Virus record (IMG/VR): IMGVR_UViG_3300010309_000056
Location: 1-47,569 of that record
Length of the DNA: 47,569 bases
Direction: 5' to 3' (one strand)
DNA from: a virus
Lineage: Duplodnaviria > Caudoviricetes
The notes beneath the pieces were generated by a model that saw only the letters and a list, made by a program, of their open reading frames with translations, searched no databases and was not told where the DNA came from. The translations under genes were made by a program, and so were the position numbers. Below are positions 9,868-19,702 of the stretch, piece by piece. The first letter of the stretch is position 1; every line of letters begins with the position of its first letter.

Positions 9868-11195
9868 TGATTGGTCACCTTTTCATCCGACAACTTCACA
9901 CAAGTGAGTGTCGCTACATAATTTTCAGCTCGGAACGCATGTTTAACCCCGAAGATGAGAAAGTCACCAGACTTCTTCATATCAATTGAGGTGGTATCAT
10001 TACCATCTTCGGTGTTTATATTAGCAAGAAATCTGAGTCTGATTTTTTTACCTATACTATTATTACGTCTCCCTTTCATAAACTCAATGAAATTAACACT
10101 AATAGTAAGAGGACTCTTTTTCAAAACATGATCCATGCTCTTATTAATAACACTTAGTTTATAGTTAGCAAAGTCATCACTTTGTGATAGTGAATTAAAC
10201 CCTTCATACGCATCCGTACTACCAATCTGAGTAATCTTGCGACTCTTTTTCGTATTGAGTTCCGATTTTCTGAAATAATCTAGCGCATCCGAAGTATTAG
10301 ATATGAGCTTGTCATTTTTTATTTTCTGTGTAAAGTCCTTATCAATATCAAATATACCCGAGACTCTTTCGTTTTTAGTTATATCCAGAAAACTATATTC
10401 ACCACCCACGATACCTTCGGAAATCATTTTAAATAAGTTATCAGTATTTTTGAACTGATACCCTAGTATAGTACGTCGTCTGATTTTAGACTCATTGTCA
10501 TTACCTTGAGGTATGTTCGCTTGTATATGGGCGAATGGTACGTCCGGATTAATAACATCTTGTTCCATCAGTGTTTTGAGGTCACTGAAGATCAACTCAT
10601 CTCCGATAAGAGAAGAGTATAGGTAGAAAGGATATCCTTCCTTAGTACTAGAATTATTTTTTATCCAAGAGATTGATTCCATCGGTGTTAAGTTAGGTAC
10701 AATCACCCGCATCTCTTGTTTATCAGTGTCAGTCGAAGATACTTTCTTATTAATCAAGTCACTGATAGACCCAATAATTTTAGACGGTTTTCCGGAATAC
10801 TGACGGTTAACATTAATCATATTAGACTCGTAAGCGATATCTTCTATGAGATGAACTACAACATTTTCTACCGTATCATGACCTTTCTGCGAAAACAAAA
10901 CTTGCGTTATATAAAACGTTTTGGCGATAACTTTAGCATCAAGATCATCAGTCACTATCAGTTCTACATGAACTTTCTCACCACCCTGTAAATAACCACT
11001 TGTTATAACATCTCCGCTATCAATGAAGGATAGTGTGCCGGTGAGGTAAGGTTTATCTAAATGCTCGAACACGTCAAGGTCAGTCACCGCATTTCGGATA
11101 TCCACTTTTTTGTGTGAAGTGAAATGAGTACTTTCGATGAGAACTTTTTTAAATTCAAAAGGTGTTTTATGTTCGAGTTCACTAATTGCTGTCAT
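9864..11195 (-). CDS. Putative baseplate hub protein (gp27-like by position)
   Basis: Between gp53 and gp5; FEHLDKPYLTG..GGEKV and C-terminal SGDFLI..VKH pattern of hub proteins. Confidence 0.55.
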   Translation of the reverse strand: MTAISELEHKTPFEFKKVLIESTHFTSHKKVDIRNAVTDLDVFEHLDKPYLTGTLSFIDSGDVITSGYLQGGEKVHVELIVTDDLDAKVIAKTFYITQVLFSQKGHDTVENVVVHLIEDIAYESNMINVNRQYSGKPSKIIGSISDLINKKVSSTDTDKQEMRVIVPNLTPMESISWIKNNSSTKEGYPFYLYSSLIGDELIFSDLKTLMEQDVINPDVPFAHIQANIPQGNDNESKIRRRTILGYQFKNTDNLFKMISEGIVGGEYSFLDITKNERVSGIFDIDKDFTQKIKNDKLISNTSDALDYFRKSELNTKKSRKITQIGSTDAYEGFNSLSQSDDFANYKLSVINKSMDHVLKKSPLTISVNFIEFMKGRRNNSIGKKIRLRFLANINTEDGNDTTSIDMKKSGDFLIFGVKHAFRAENYVATLTCVKLSDEKVTNQ

Positions 11196-11917
11196 AACTT
11201 ACCCATAGAGTCTTGAATGGCTCGCACAACAGAATTTATATTACCTTTGCGAAGTACGCGTATTTGTTTTAATGATTCATTCTGTTGGTGATAGTGCTCT
11301 TCGTGAGTCACTTCTATATCATTAACTCCGGGCCCGAGGTATGGGTCGATGTCTATAATATTACCTTCAATATCAGTATAAAAACGAGCGGACTTGTGTT
11401 CGGGTTCAACTGTGTTCACAAGCAATGTTTCCAAAACACCTTCGTTATTGGTAGAATCTAATTGTTCACCGTTAGAAAAGGAACCCGATACCATCTTCAC
11501 TACAACTTGCCCGAGCCGAACATGTCGATGTAGAACTTCAGCAGTACCGTTCGCTCCTTGGATGGTTTGGTGGGTCAAGAACTTGTTTACAATATCCTCA
11601 CTCGTGTTTAACACAATGTAAGGATGTTCTTTCTCCACTTTCGCTTGTACCTGAGCATACGGTAATGGCCATCCACGTTCGCGAATCTCATCGTTCATGA
11701 AATAGAATGTCCAGTGTAAATTAGCATCGCCGTACAACTTATATGCTACATGATCAGGACGTTCGCCATCAGCAATGTAGTAGTCAGTATAGAATGAGGT
11801 AGCATCCTTAACGTTATCCAAAATATCAGCGTACGCAGTAAGATTTTGCGCAATGGAGCGATCAGCGGTATCGCCGAATCTATAGAATATTTTAGGGAAG
11901 TATTTAAAGTATGCCAT
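11192..11917 (-). CDS. gp53: Baseplate wedge subunit gp53
   Basis: MAYFKYFP..YYIADGERPDHVAYKLYGDANLHW..N..WP. Confidence 0.9.
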   Translation of the reverse strand: MAYFKYFPKIFYRFGDTADRSIAQNLTAYADILDNVKDATSFYTDYYIADGERPDHVAYKLYGDANLHWTFYFMNDEIRERGWPLPYAQVQAKVEKEHPYIVLNTSEDIVNKFLTHQTIQGANGTAEVLHRHVRLGQVVVKMVSGSFSNGEQLDSTNNEGVLETLLVNTVEPEHKSARFYTDIEGNIIDIDPYLGPGVNDIEVTHEEHYHQQNESLKQIRVLRKGNINSVVRAIQDSMGKL

Positions 11918-12954
11918 TAGTAACCACCATCTCCACTTTCGTCTGTGCTTTCTTCAATATCTTCGCGACTTAATGTTCTGTCCTCTACCATTGTAAACGA
12001 CAAGTCAATTTCAGCAGGAGTTCCGTCTTCATGGAATGCCATTGAACCCGCATTATAATTTACACTGATACTGCGTATGAAGGTATTGCGTAATTTAGTT
12101 CCGACTCGTACTGGAGCCGCACCCTCGATGTCTGGCATAAACCAACTCGATACATCGAATACCATAGGATACTTATAACCCGCACTTATACCATCTCCCA
12201 CACCACCAATCATCTCAGGGTATGCGGATTTCCTAAAGATATGAATAATATTTTTAATTTCGTCAGCCTCTTTCTTACTCTTAGGAATAAACTTAAACTG
12301 AAACTGAAACTCACGTATTCCTACGTTTCTGAACTGAGTCCGTATGTTTGGATTAACAGATACCGCTCCAGCAATACTAACTGCTGATCCTGCGGTTTCA
12401 TTGATTTTCTGCGCCCCACGCGCAAGAGCAAGTCTTGCTAATGCGGGAGTCTTTGCGCTATTGACCATATCTGTGATAGATTGTTTTCCACTAGTAATAG
12501 ATTGCGCCAACGCGCCCATCGCGCCACTACCTGACGACAACGCTTGAAAACCGGCAGCACCAGCAGTACCCAAACTAGGTGTGTCATATCCAAAGTTATC
12601 TGTGATCACTAGAGAGACTGGTAAGTATAGCGCTACCACGTCACCCGTGTATTCGATGCTTCTCGCTACTACTTCTTTTGACTCTGTACCGGCACCGGAT
12701 TCGGCAGCTTTCACTGCTTCCGCTTCCTCTTCATTTTTTGGTTTACCGTCACCTTCGTCTTCGCTTGGTCGGTTAAGAGCAAACATACTTTCGAACAACG
12801 CACCAAAGTCAATACCTTTAATGGTCGGTGGTTTAATTTCTTTTATGTGAAATAATACCTTAGACCGAGAATTTGTAGTATCTAGAGGATACTGCAGTAT
12901 CTTTTTTGACTTGGCTGTGTTGTCTGTAGTGTCGGTAGGTTCTGTTTCTGCCAT
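11917..12954 (-). CDS. gp48: Baseplate tail-tube cap gp48
   Basis: LYLP, NP..F..REFQFQFKFIPKSKKEA, YP, ISVNY..F.DGTP..IDLSFT. Confidence 0.85.
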   Translation of the reverse strand: MAETEPTDTTDNTAKSKKILQYPLDTTNSRSKVLFHIKEIKPPTIKGIDFGALFESMFALNRPSEDEGDGKPKNEEEAEAVKAAESGAGTESKEVVARSIEYTGDVVALYLPVSLVITDNFGYDTPSLGTAGAAGFQALSSGSGAMGALAQSITSGKQSITDMVNSAKTPALARLALARGAQKINETAGSAVSIAGAVSVNPNIRTQFRNVGIREFQFQFKFIPKSKKEADEIKNIIHIFRKSAYPEMIGGVGDGISAGYKYPMVFDVSSWFMPDIEGAAPVRVGTKLRNTFIRSISVNYNAGSMAFHEDGTPAEIDLSFTMVEDRTLSREDIEESTDESGDGGY

Positions 12955-12970
12955 CGGAATAACTCTCGGT

Positions 12971-12994
12971 TATAAATACTTTTTACTATTTATA
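12971..12994. promoter_or_regulatory. Pair of oppositely oriented late promoters
   Basis: TATAAATA on plus at 12971-12978 (gp4) and on minus at 12987-12994 (gp48). Confidence 0.85.
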
Positions 12995-13007
12995 CATAAA
13001 GTTACTA

Positions 13008-13520
13008 ATGAAAACATACAAAGGCAGATACCAACCGAAAAACCCAGAAAAGTACGCTGGTGATGTGGATAATGTCGTCTATCGTTCAGGTTGGGAACGA
13101 CATGTTATGAAATGGTGTGACGAAAGTATAGACATCGTACAGTGGATGTCCGAAGAACTTGTTATACCGTACATATGCGAAACCGATGGAAGACCTCACC
13201 GATACTTCACCGACTTTGTTATTAAGTACAAGTCTGGACGAGTGGTTATTGTGGAAGTCAAACCTCATAAAGAGACCCTGTTACCCGTACGTAAACAAGG
13301 TAAGACTAGACGTACTATATTGACCGAAGGAATGACATACATCAAGAACCAGTCGAAGTGGAAGGCCGCTAAGGCGTATGCTGATGACCGTGGATATCAC
13401 TTCGAGATATGGACTGAGAAAGAATTGACCGCAATGGGTGTCATGCCCAAGTCCACTCAAAAGATGCGTACCAAGAAACCCCTGAAAAAACTTGCGCCCT
13501 TCCGTAAGAAAAAGAAATAG
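13008..13520 (+). CDS. gp4: Head completion nuclease gp4
   Basis: YKGRYQPKNPEKYAGD..YRSGWE..W.SEE..IPY..HRYF.DF..EVKP..NQSKWKAA. Confidence 0.93.
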   Translation: MKTYKGRYQPKNPEKYAGDVDNVVYRSGWERHVMKWCDESIDIVQWMSEELVIPYICETDGRPHRYFTDFVIKYKSGRVVIVEVKPHKETLLPVRKQGKTRRTILTEGMTYIKNQSKWKAAKAYADDRGYHFEIWTEKELTAMGVMPKSTQKMRTKKPLKKLAPFRKKKK

Positions 13521-13526
13521 TTCCTG

Positions 13527-13534
13527 TATAAATA
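13527..13534 (+). promoter_or_regulatory. Late promoter TATAAATA
   Basis: Exact match about 30 nt upstream of gp2. Confidence 0.8.
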
Positions 13535-13563
13535 GTAGGAATAGATTTTAACTCAGGAACTTT

Positions 13564-14154
13564 ATGTCTACAGTATTTAACAGACTAGAACTACAAGCAT
13601 TCCGTGCGGGTATTACTCCTCGCACAAAGGAGTCGCGAGCATGGTTCCAACAAAAGATTAAGAATCTACGTAGCATCAATCGTGAAGCATTGATGAAAGA
13701 AGAACCTTTAAAGCAAGTGAGTACCGAAATTGTCGGTAGCATGTATATGTTCTTCTACGATCCGAAGCACAAAGAGACATTACCGTATTACGATACGTTT
13801 CCTTTAGTGGTCGTTGTCGGGCCCGCAGAAGGCGGATTCCTAGGATTGAACCTTCATTACCTACCTCCTATCTTACGTGCTAAGATGTTGGACGGGTTGA
13901 TGGAGATTACTACTAACAATAAGTTTAACGATTCTACGCGATTCAAGATGACATATGAGTTACTTGCGCGAGCATCGAAATTTAAGTACTACAAACCCTG
14001 TCTCAAACATTATTTGAATAAACAGGTAAAAAGTAAATTCGCATTAGTACCGGCACCAGAGTGGGAGATTGCTACATTCCTTCCGACAGCACAATTCCGT
14101 AAGGCGAACTCTAAGAAAGTCTACGCAGACTCTAAGAAAATGATAGGTGGATAA
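13564..14154 (+). CDS. gp2: DNA end protector gp2
   Basis: MYMFFYDPKHKETLPYYDTFPL..GLNLHYLPP..KHYL..LPTAQF. Confidence 0.95.
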   Translation: MSTVFNRLELQAFRAGITPRTKESRAWFQQKIKNLRSINREALMKEEPLKQVSTEIVGSMYMFFYDPKHKETLPYYDTFPLVVVVGPAEGGFLGLNLHYLPPILRAKMLDGLMEITTNNKFNDSTRFKMTYELLARASKFKYYKPCLKHYLNKQVKSKFALVPAPEWEIATFLPTAQFRKANSKKVYADSKKMIGG

Positions 14155-14157
14155 CCA

Positions 14158-14868
14158 ATGGCATCAATAGAAGATTTAAAGAGTAGACTTATTAGTCGAG
14201 GCGGACTAGCGTCTGCTAACCAGTTTGGTGTGGTACTACCATCAAAAGTAGGTATCACTAAATTAAGTGGCGCTAAGAATAATAACATATTGTGTAAAAG
14301 CGCAACGTTGCCTGGCAGACAAATTACTACACTAGATAGACAAATTGGTCTGTATAGTGAAAAGATTGCCAATGGATTCCTCGTAGAAGATGTTACGTTG
14401 ACCTTCCATCTTCTGAACGATTATAGTGTTCGTAAATATTTTGATAAATGGTTGGGAGCAATGGTAGGGCATATGACACCCACTCCCCCCAAAGAACCTA
14501 AACCTCCCGCAGAAGGCGAAGAAGCTAAACCACCAGCACCAAAACCTTTATCGAGGGGTGCCATCGGGTGGAAGGACGATTACGTTGCGGACATTATAAT
14601 ACATCAATTAAAAAAACCACAGGTTCGTGTGGGGTTCGACCTAGGGCCTTTAGATATTAATCTAGACCTACTGGGAGGTACCGTGTACAGTGTTAAACTG
14701 ATAGACGCTTTCCCGACAAACGTATCAACTATTCAATTGAGTGATGACCTCGACGGATTAGTAGAAGTAACTGTTACATTTTCATACACCAACTGGGAGC
14801 CCTTTAAGGCTGACAAAGTAGGGTTATTCTCTGCTGACATCAATCTTAATTTCGGCGGCTTAATTTAA
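14158..14868 (+). CDS. gp54: Tail tube initiator, gp54-like (gp19 fold)
   Basis: GGLASANQF..LCKSATLPG..YFDKW..DAFPTNVS..L..VTVTFSY..W. Confidence 0.75.
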   Translation: MASIEDLKSRLISRGGLASANQFGVVLPSKVGITKLSGAKNNNILCKSATLPGRQITTLDRQIGLYSEKIANGFLVEDVTLTFHLLNDYSVRKYFDKWLGAMVGHMTPTPPKEPKPPAEGEEAKPPAPKPLSRGAIGWKDDYVADIIIHQLKKPQVRVGFDLGPLDINLDLLGGTVYSVKLIDAFPTNVSTIQLSDDLDGLVEVTVTFSYTNWEPFKADKVGLFSADINLNFGGLI

Positions 14869-14883
14869 ATTATAGGATTTATA

Positions 14884-15591
14884 ATGGCATTACCAAAACT
14901 GAATGACACACCAAAATATCGCGTTACCGTACCATCTACAGGTCAGGAAGTTAGTTACCGACCTTTCCTAGTAAAGGAACAGAAGATGTTGCTGATCGCA
15001 TCTGAGACGCAAGATAGAGTGGATATGGTTAAATCAATCATCAACACTATCAATGCGTGTACTACAGAAGACATCAAGGGAGAACTAACTACCTTTGATG
15101 TAGACTACCTATTCACTAAGATTCGGTCAAAATCCGTAGGTGAGACAAGTACATTATTAATTTCATGTACCGAATGTGAAATGAATAACGAAGTTGTGGT
15201 TGAACTCGATAAGATAGAAGTTGAGGGAGTGGCCACCGATGTTAAAATCAATATCACTGACGACATTGTTCTTGAAATGAGATACCCGACATACGAAGAC
15301 TTTATGAAAAATGAGAAACTTCTACATGGTACGAGTGCTACAGAATCTCTACTAGAGTTGCTTATCACATGTATAGCGACTATATGTACCGAAGAAGAAC
15401 GATACTCGACCAAAGATTCGACTAGAGAAGAACTAATTGATTTTATAGACTCAATGACAGCACAACAGTTCGAGACAATTTCGACATTTGTAAATGATAT
15501 GCCCACACTTAAAGAAGAAGTTAAATTTACGTGTGCGCAGTGTAATACAGAGAACTCTAAAGTTCTAGAAGGCATAGATGATTTTTTTTGA
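14884..15591 (+). CDS. gp26: Baseplate hub subunit gp26
   Basis: MALPKL..PST..YRPFLVKEQK..FDVDYLF.KIRSKSVGE..LEGIDDFF. Confidence 0.92.
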   Translation: MALPKLNDTPKYRVTVPSTGQEVSYRPFLVKEQKMLLIASETQDRVDMVKSIINTINACTTEDIKGELTTFDVDYLFTKIRSKSVGETSTLLISCTECEMNNEVVVELDKIEVEGVATDVKINITDDIVLEMRYPTYEDFMKNEKLLHGTSATESLLELLITCIATICTEEERYSTKDSTREELIDFIDSMTAQQFETISTFVNDMPTLKEEVKFTCAQCNTENSKVLEGIDDFF

Positions 15592-15770
15592 TTAATCTCT
15601 CTCATGACACGTTGGTAAATTACTACCAAGTTAACTTCCAACTGTTAAACAACTTCAACTACTCATTGAGTGATGTTGAAGAAATGTTGCCTTGGGAGAG
15701 AGAGATTTATTTGACCATGTTGATTGACGACCTAAAAGAAAAAAGAGAAAGAGCACAACAGCAGGGATAA
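15588..15770 (+). CDS. gp51: Baseplate hub assembly catalyst gp51
   Basis: NYY..NF.L..YSLSDVEEMLPWEREIY. Confidence 0.85.
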   Translation: MINLSHDTLVNYYQVNFQLLNNFNYSLSDVEEMLPWEREIYLTMLIDDLKEKRERAQQQG

Positions 15771-15773
15771 CCC

Positions 15774-17480
15774 ATGATTGAAACATTAATAGAGCACCTA
15801 AAATCACAGAATAATACTCTGGATAGTGTTAACACTAACCTTACGAGTATGAACAGTTCTTTAGCGACAATGATTCTGAGTGACCGGAAGGACGAACTTC
15901 GTCGCCGTGAAGCAGATGATGATGCTAAAAGAGCAGCGAGTGCTGCCTCCCGAACAACCAGTACTGCCGGTGGTGGTGGTAGTAAAAAAGGTGGTGGCGG
16001 TGGTAGATTTTCGGGTTTTGGTGGTGTTCTAGGTGGATTTGGTGCGGGTACGTTGGCAGGTGGGGCAACAAGTTTATTAGGTAGAGCTGCCCTGGCAGGT
16101 GGTTTGGCTGCGGGTGCCGACAATATTGCTAGTTATGTTCAAGAACAGACTGGTTCAAGTGACCTCGCTGATGCCGCGCATCGAGCAACAAAACTGGGGT
16201 CATTCGGTCTTCTTTTGGGTACGCGTTTTGCTTTACTGGGTGCGGTAGGTGGAGCCCTTGCTACTCCCGAAGTTATATCAGAACTTGAAAAGTTGGGAGA
16301 CAAGGCAGCAGGACTGAAAGAGCCTTTGATGAAATTCACAGGTGCTCTACCTTCATTGAACGACGCACTTTCTAAAGTGACTGAAACCGTGGTAGGGACT
16401 TTAAGTTTTATTAATTCAGCAATCGAGGGAGACGTGCCCGCTGCTTTAGACAAGGTCGACGAAGCGGCAGTATTGGCTCTTGGTGTTAAAGGAGGTATGG
16501 ACGCTAACAAGAATAAGGAGAAACTTACTAGAGCAGGTCGAAGAGCTGCGCAAAATGCTCGGCAGGCAGCAATCAAGGCAAAAAAAGTTACTTCACCAGT
16601 ATCAGAAATGGAGTTCTCTAAAAGTCAACGTCAACAATTTAATTCTGAAACTGCTAAGGGTTTGAGTGACAAGGAAATTAAAGCTTTGGAGCTAGATGGA
16701 CTCAAGGTAGATAAAACTACCGGTAGTATCTCTAAGGTCGGTGGTGAATTTGTAAGTGCTGATAAGGTAGATGAATTATTTGCTAAGAATGAAATCAAAA
16801 CGTCAACCCAAAGTCTCAGTGCTAAAAACTTTATAGATGAACTTAATGGTAAAGCGGCAGCGAAATACGGTAAGTTTGGTAAGGCATTATCCTTCTTAAA
16901 GAAAGTTCCGGCATTGGGTTCTTTAATAAGTGGTGGAATAATAGCAAATATTTTAATGGATGAGACCACATCTACGAAAGAAAAAGCGGCATTGCTTAGT
17001 AAAGAATTGGGTAGCATAGGTGGCGCAGCTCTTGGTGGCGCAGTTGGTGGTTTGATAGGAACCTTAGGCATGCCCGGCATAGGTACTCTTACTGGAGGTG
17101 TATTGGGTGCTTTAGCTGGTTCGTGGTCAGGAGAGGAATTGGGAGAAAAGTTTGCCAATTGGATGTTAGGTGTAGACGATTCAGCATCAGAACCCTCAGA
17201 ACCTGTGGCAGCAGCCGGTGGAAATAAAAGACGACGAGGTGCTGGTGCCAAACCTTCTCAGGTTAGTAGTAGTGTCACGTCAGCACCGTATCCTCAGTCT
17301 GGTGTTAAGGTTGCGACAGCATCTAGTGATATGTTTGCCGCTCAGGCGCAACAAAATATCGTGGTGGTAGACAATAGTAATGTCAGTAATAATGTCAGCA
17401 CTCAGGCAGGTGATGTTAGTTTCAGCGGAACCACTGGTTTCGACTTCTATGACCCAATGATGGGTTCTAGAACTGCATAA
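15774..17480 (+). CDS. Putative tape-measure/hub protein (gp29-like)
   Basis: Follows gp26/gp51; Ala/Gly-rich helices, glycine zipper, C-terminal VVVDNSNVSNN. Confidence 0.55.
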   Translation: MIETLIEHLKSQNNTLDSVNTNLTSMNSSLATMILSDRKDELRRREADDDAKRAASAASRTTSTAGGGGSKKGGGGGRFSGFGGVLGGFGAGTLAGGATSLLGRAALAGGLAAGADNIASYVQEQTGSSDLADAAHRATKLGSFGLLLGTRFALLGAVGGALATPEVISELEKLGDKAAGLKEPLMKFTGALPSLNDALSKVTETVVGTLSFINSAIEGDVPAALDKVDEAAVLALGVKGGMDANKNKEKLTRAGRRAAQNARQAAIKAKKVTSPVSEMEFSKSQRQQFNSETAKGLSDKEIKALELDGLKVDKTTGSISKVGGEFVSADKVDELFAKNEIKTSTQSLSAKNFIDELNGKAAAKYGKFGKALSFLKKVPALGSLISGGIIANILMDETTSTKEKAALLSKELGSIGGAALGGAVGGLIGTLGMPGIGTLTGGVLGALAGSWSGEELGEKFANWMLGVDDSASEPSEPVAAAGGNKRRRGAGAKPSQVSSSVTSAPYPQSGVKVATASSDMFAAQAQQNIVVVDNSNVSNNVSTQAGDVSFSGTTGFDFYDPMMGSRTA

Positions 17481-17506
17481 AAAAAAGGGGGAACTTTCGT
17501 TCCCCC
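17479..17506 (-). terminator. Intrinsic terminator after gp32
   Basis: Minus strand GGGGGAAC-GAAA-GTTCCCCC followed by a T run; between convergent genes. Confidence 0.85.
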
Positions 17507-17524
17507 CGAATCCAAATATCTGGA

Positions 17525-18469
17525 TTAATCTTCAGCAGCCATCTTCGCGAAATACGACAGAGTATCATCAGTCGATTCGGCGACAGGCGCCTCGGCAGCA
17601 GGAGCTGATACAACCGTTGGTTCTGACGCTGAACGAATTGGAGCAGCTTCTGCCGATTGGGCAAGTGCTTCATTCTTCAGAGTAGCACCGTTTCCAGTTG
17701 CTACTCCTAGGACAGTATCCAACTTAGCCTTCAAATCATCATAAGACTTGAACCAGTTCGCATCAAATGCGTTCGGGTAGTTTGGTACTTGGAACTCATT
17801 CAGGTCATACAAAGAGTTATAGGTGGATTCCAACCTAGTCTCGTCTGCCTCAAACAGAGCAGTAGGAGATTTGAAATCTGACTTATCATAGTTGCGGTAT
17901 CCTGCGACATTACGAATCTTCAATTCGAAGTTCGCACCAGACCAGAAATCGAATGGATTGACCGGAGTCTCGCCAGGAAATTCTGGTTGCATCATATCCA
18001 TGATCTTGTCAAAGATTTTCTTACCGAACTCGTAGATCATTACCTTGCCATTGTTGGCTGGGTTTGCGGGATCATTAACGACTAGGATGTTAGTAACGTA
18101 GTGTAGACGACGCTTCTGACGACGGGCAGTCTCTTTATCTTCTTCGATACCAGAGTTCCATAGACGAGAGTTTAACTCACCTAATGGGTCGTTCTGACCT
18201 AGTGTAGTCAATGAACGTTCGATGTACCACTGACCGGTTGGGCCTTTAAAGGCATGATCCCAATAACGTACCCACGGTAGGTCTTGACCTTCCATCGCGG
18301 GTAGAAAACGAATGATAGCGTAACCATTACCTGCTTCATCAACAGTAGGTTTCCACTTGCGGTCGTCTTGGTATTTGTTTGTGTTGGTTGCCTGACCGGA
18401 TGCTTCGGTAGCAGCGGTAACAAGCTTTGAGATATCCATAGATTTGGATTTTAGATTTGCGAAAGACAT
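17525..18469 (-). CDS. gp32: Single-stranded DNA-binding protein gp32
   Basis: DDRKWKP..GNGYAIIRFLP..WYIE.SLTTLG..GKKIFDKI..NPFDFW.GANF.LK..NYDKS; acidic tail. Confidence 0.97.
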   Translation of the reverse strand: MSFANLKSKSMDISKLVTAATEASGQATNTNKYQDDRKWKPTVDEAGNGYAIIRFLPAMEGQDLPWVRYWDHAFKGPTGQWYIERSLTTLGQNDPLGELNSRLWNSGIEEDKETARRQKRRLHYVTNILVVNDPANPANNGKVMIYEFGKKIFDKIMDMMQPEFPGETPVNPFDFWSGANFELKIRNVAGYRNYDKSDFKSPTALFEADETRLESTYNSLYDLNEFQVPNYPNAFDANWFKSYDDLKAKLDTVLGVATGNGATLKNEALAQSAEAAPIRSASEPTVVSAPAAEAPVAESTDDTLSYFAKMAAED

Positions 18470-18551
18470 AATATTTCCTTTAGTATTAGGATTACTTAAA
18501 TATAAACAATGGTCGTATGAACAATGTATGTGATTGCCTCTAGGGCACTGC

Positions 18552-18559
18552 TATTTATA
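18552..18559 (-). promoter_or_regulatory. Late promoter TATAAATA upstream of gp32
   Basis: tatttata overlapping the gp33 stop. Confidence 0.65.
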
Positions 18560-18800
18560 ACACATCTAAAGTGTTAAGTTTTGGTAGAAAGTTTAACTGC
18601 CGAGCTTCTGCTTCGAGGTTTTCGATTATTGGGACAGTAAGATATTTTTTAATGTCCTCTACCTCTAGACCTTGAACTTCACAAAGATGAACTATAGTAT
18701 CCATATAACTCATACGATGTTTGAATACGAACTCTTCTATGTTGCGAGAGAAGGTTTTCCTATCCAAAAAGTTGGCAGCGTTCTCTGCCTTTCTATTCAT
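18555..18800 (-). CDS. gp33: Late transcription coactivator gp33
   Basis: FSRNIEEFV..SYMDTIVHLCE..LEAEARQLNFLPK. Confidence 0.85.
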   Translation of the reverse strand: MNRKAENAANFLDRKTFSRNIEEFVFKHRMSYMDTIVHLCEVQGLEVEDIKKYLTVPIIENLEAEARQLNFLPKLNTLDVL

Positions 18801-19071
18801 CCAGTACACCAACCGATAAAACATTCTCTACTTTAAAAGAGCGCCATGCTTGTTTATCGATTGCGAAAGCACGAATTACAGACTTGTTGACAGAGTAGTC
18901 AGCGTTAGTCTCGGATACTTTAGGTTGCTCGGTAACAGGTAATAAATTAGTCGCTAAGGTACAAGGCATTACTCGCGTCTCGCCATTAACCTTAGTGAAC
19001 GTCACCTCTAGAATGTTTTTCTTGAGGGTATCCATAAGTGAATCATATTCGAATGTTTTAGAATCGGTCAT
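18793..19071 (-). CDS. Small WYL-like/SH3-barrel protein common in T4-like phages
   Basis: VTFTKVNGETRVMPCTL..DKQAWRSF; start moved to MTDSK. Confidence 0.7.
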   Translation of the reverse strand: MTDSKTFEYDSLMDTLKKNILEVTFTKVNGETRVMPCTLATNLLPVTEQPKVSETNADYSVNKSVIRAFAIDKQAWRSFKVENVLSVGVLDE

Positions 19072-19351
19072 ATTCAGCGTCCTCTTCAGATACTTCGGCG
19101 TCGGCATGAACATACTTGAGAAAATCTTCGTTGCCGTCAAGCATTACAATAACGGTTTCAAGACACTTCAACACATTTTCCATGTTACCGATGACTTCAT
19201 CATCTTTGGTTTCTTTTTGAGCTTCTTCAGCATAATCCTGTAGAGACTCGATGTACACGATACGTAAGAACTCACGTGAGATAAGAGTTACATCGTTTTT
19301 AGGGTATCGACCTAAGTCAATTAAGTTTGGTGATTCAGACATTAATTCCAT
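19058..19351 (-). CDS. Hypothetical protein
   Basis: 97-aa acidic ORF overlapping its neighbours. Confidence 0.6.
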   Translation of the reverse strand: MELMSESPNLIDLGRYPKNDVTLISREFLRIVYIESLQDYAEEAQKETKDDEVIGNMENVLKCLETVIVMLDGNEDFLKYVHADAEVSEEDAEYDRF

Positions 19352-19566
19352 TCCTCGTTAGTGTTTGCTTTATAAACATCATTAAAATGAGCATTGACAT
19401 ATTTGTCAGTGTCATGCCAACTAATGTTGGACTTATAGTCTTGGCGGTCTAACGCCGAAACTTCTTTCGCGAGCAGTAGATTAGACCTACGTACTTTTGA
19501 ACTTTTCTGTACTCTGAGAGTAGCACGACGAATCATTGCGTATCTCATTACTTTATCTACAGCCAT
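19342..19566 (-). CDS. Hypothetical basic protein (true start probably downstream)
   Basis: ORF directly below a promoter; the first ATG overlaps the -10 box. Confidence 0.55.
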   Translation of the reverse strand: MAVDKVMRYAMIRRATLRVQKSSKVRRSNLLLAKEVSALDRQDYKSNISWHDTDKYVNAHFNDVYKANTNEEWN

Positions 19567-19593
19567 TATACATTAATCCTTATCTTGTGTCAA
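19565..19593 (-). promoter_or_regulatory. Sigma70-type early promoter
   Basis: TTGACA-17 bp-TATAAT. Confidence 0.85.
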
Positions 19594-19695
19594 GTAAAAT
19601 TTACCGGTCTTCTTAGCTTCCTTTTTACGGTCAACATGTACCGCAGCGACATTATACTTTCTAGCATACTTAGCAACTGGATTTGACTTTTTCAT
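19573..19695 (-). CDS. Small basic phage protein (40 aa; not in ORF track)
   Basis: MKKSNPVAKYARKYNVAAVHVDRKKEAKK; NPVAK..DRKK pattern seen in phage proteins; GAGG SD upstream. Confidence 0.65.
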   Translation of the reverse strand: MKKSNPVAKYARKYNVAAVHVDRKKEAKKTGKFYLTQDKD

Positions 19696-19702
19696 TTTGT
19701 CC

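Noticed and set aside
13008-13520. TnsA-like transposase or homing endonuclease
   Set aside because: Motifs and position next to gp2 identify it as T4 gp4 head-completion nuclease; no mobile-element ends seen
15105-17251. Long antisense ORFs over gp26 and the gp29-like gene (also over 43138..43879)
   Set aside because: Antisense shadows of biased-codon genes; no motifs or expression signals
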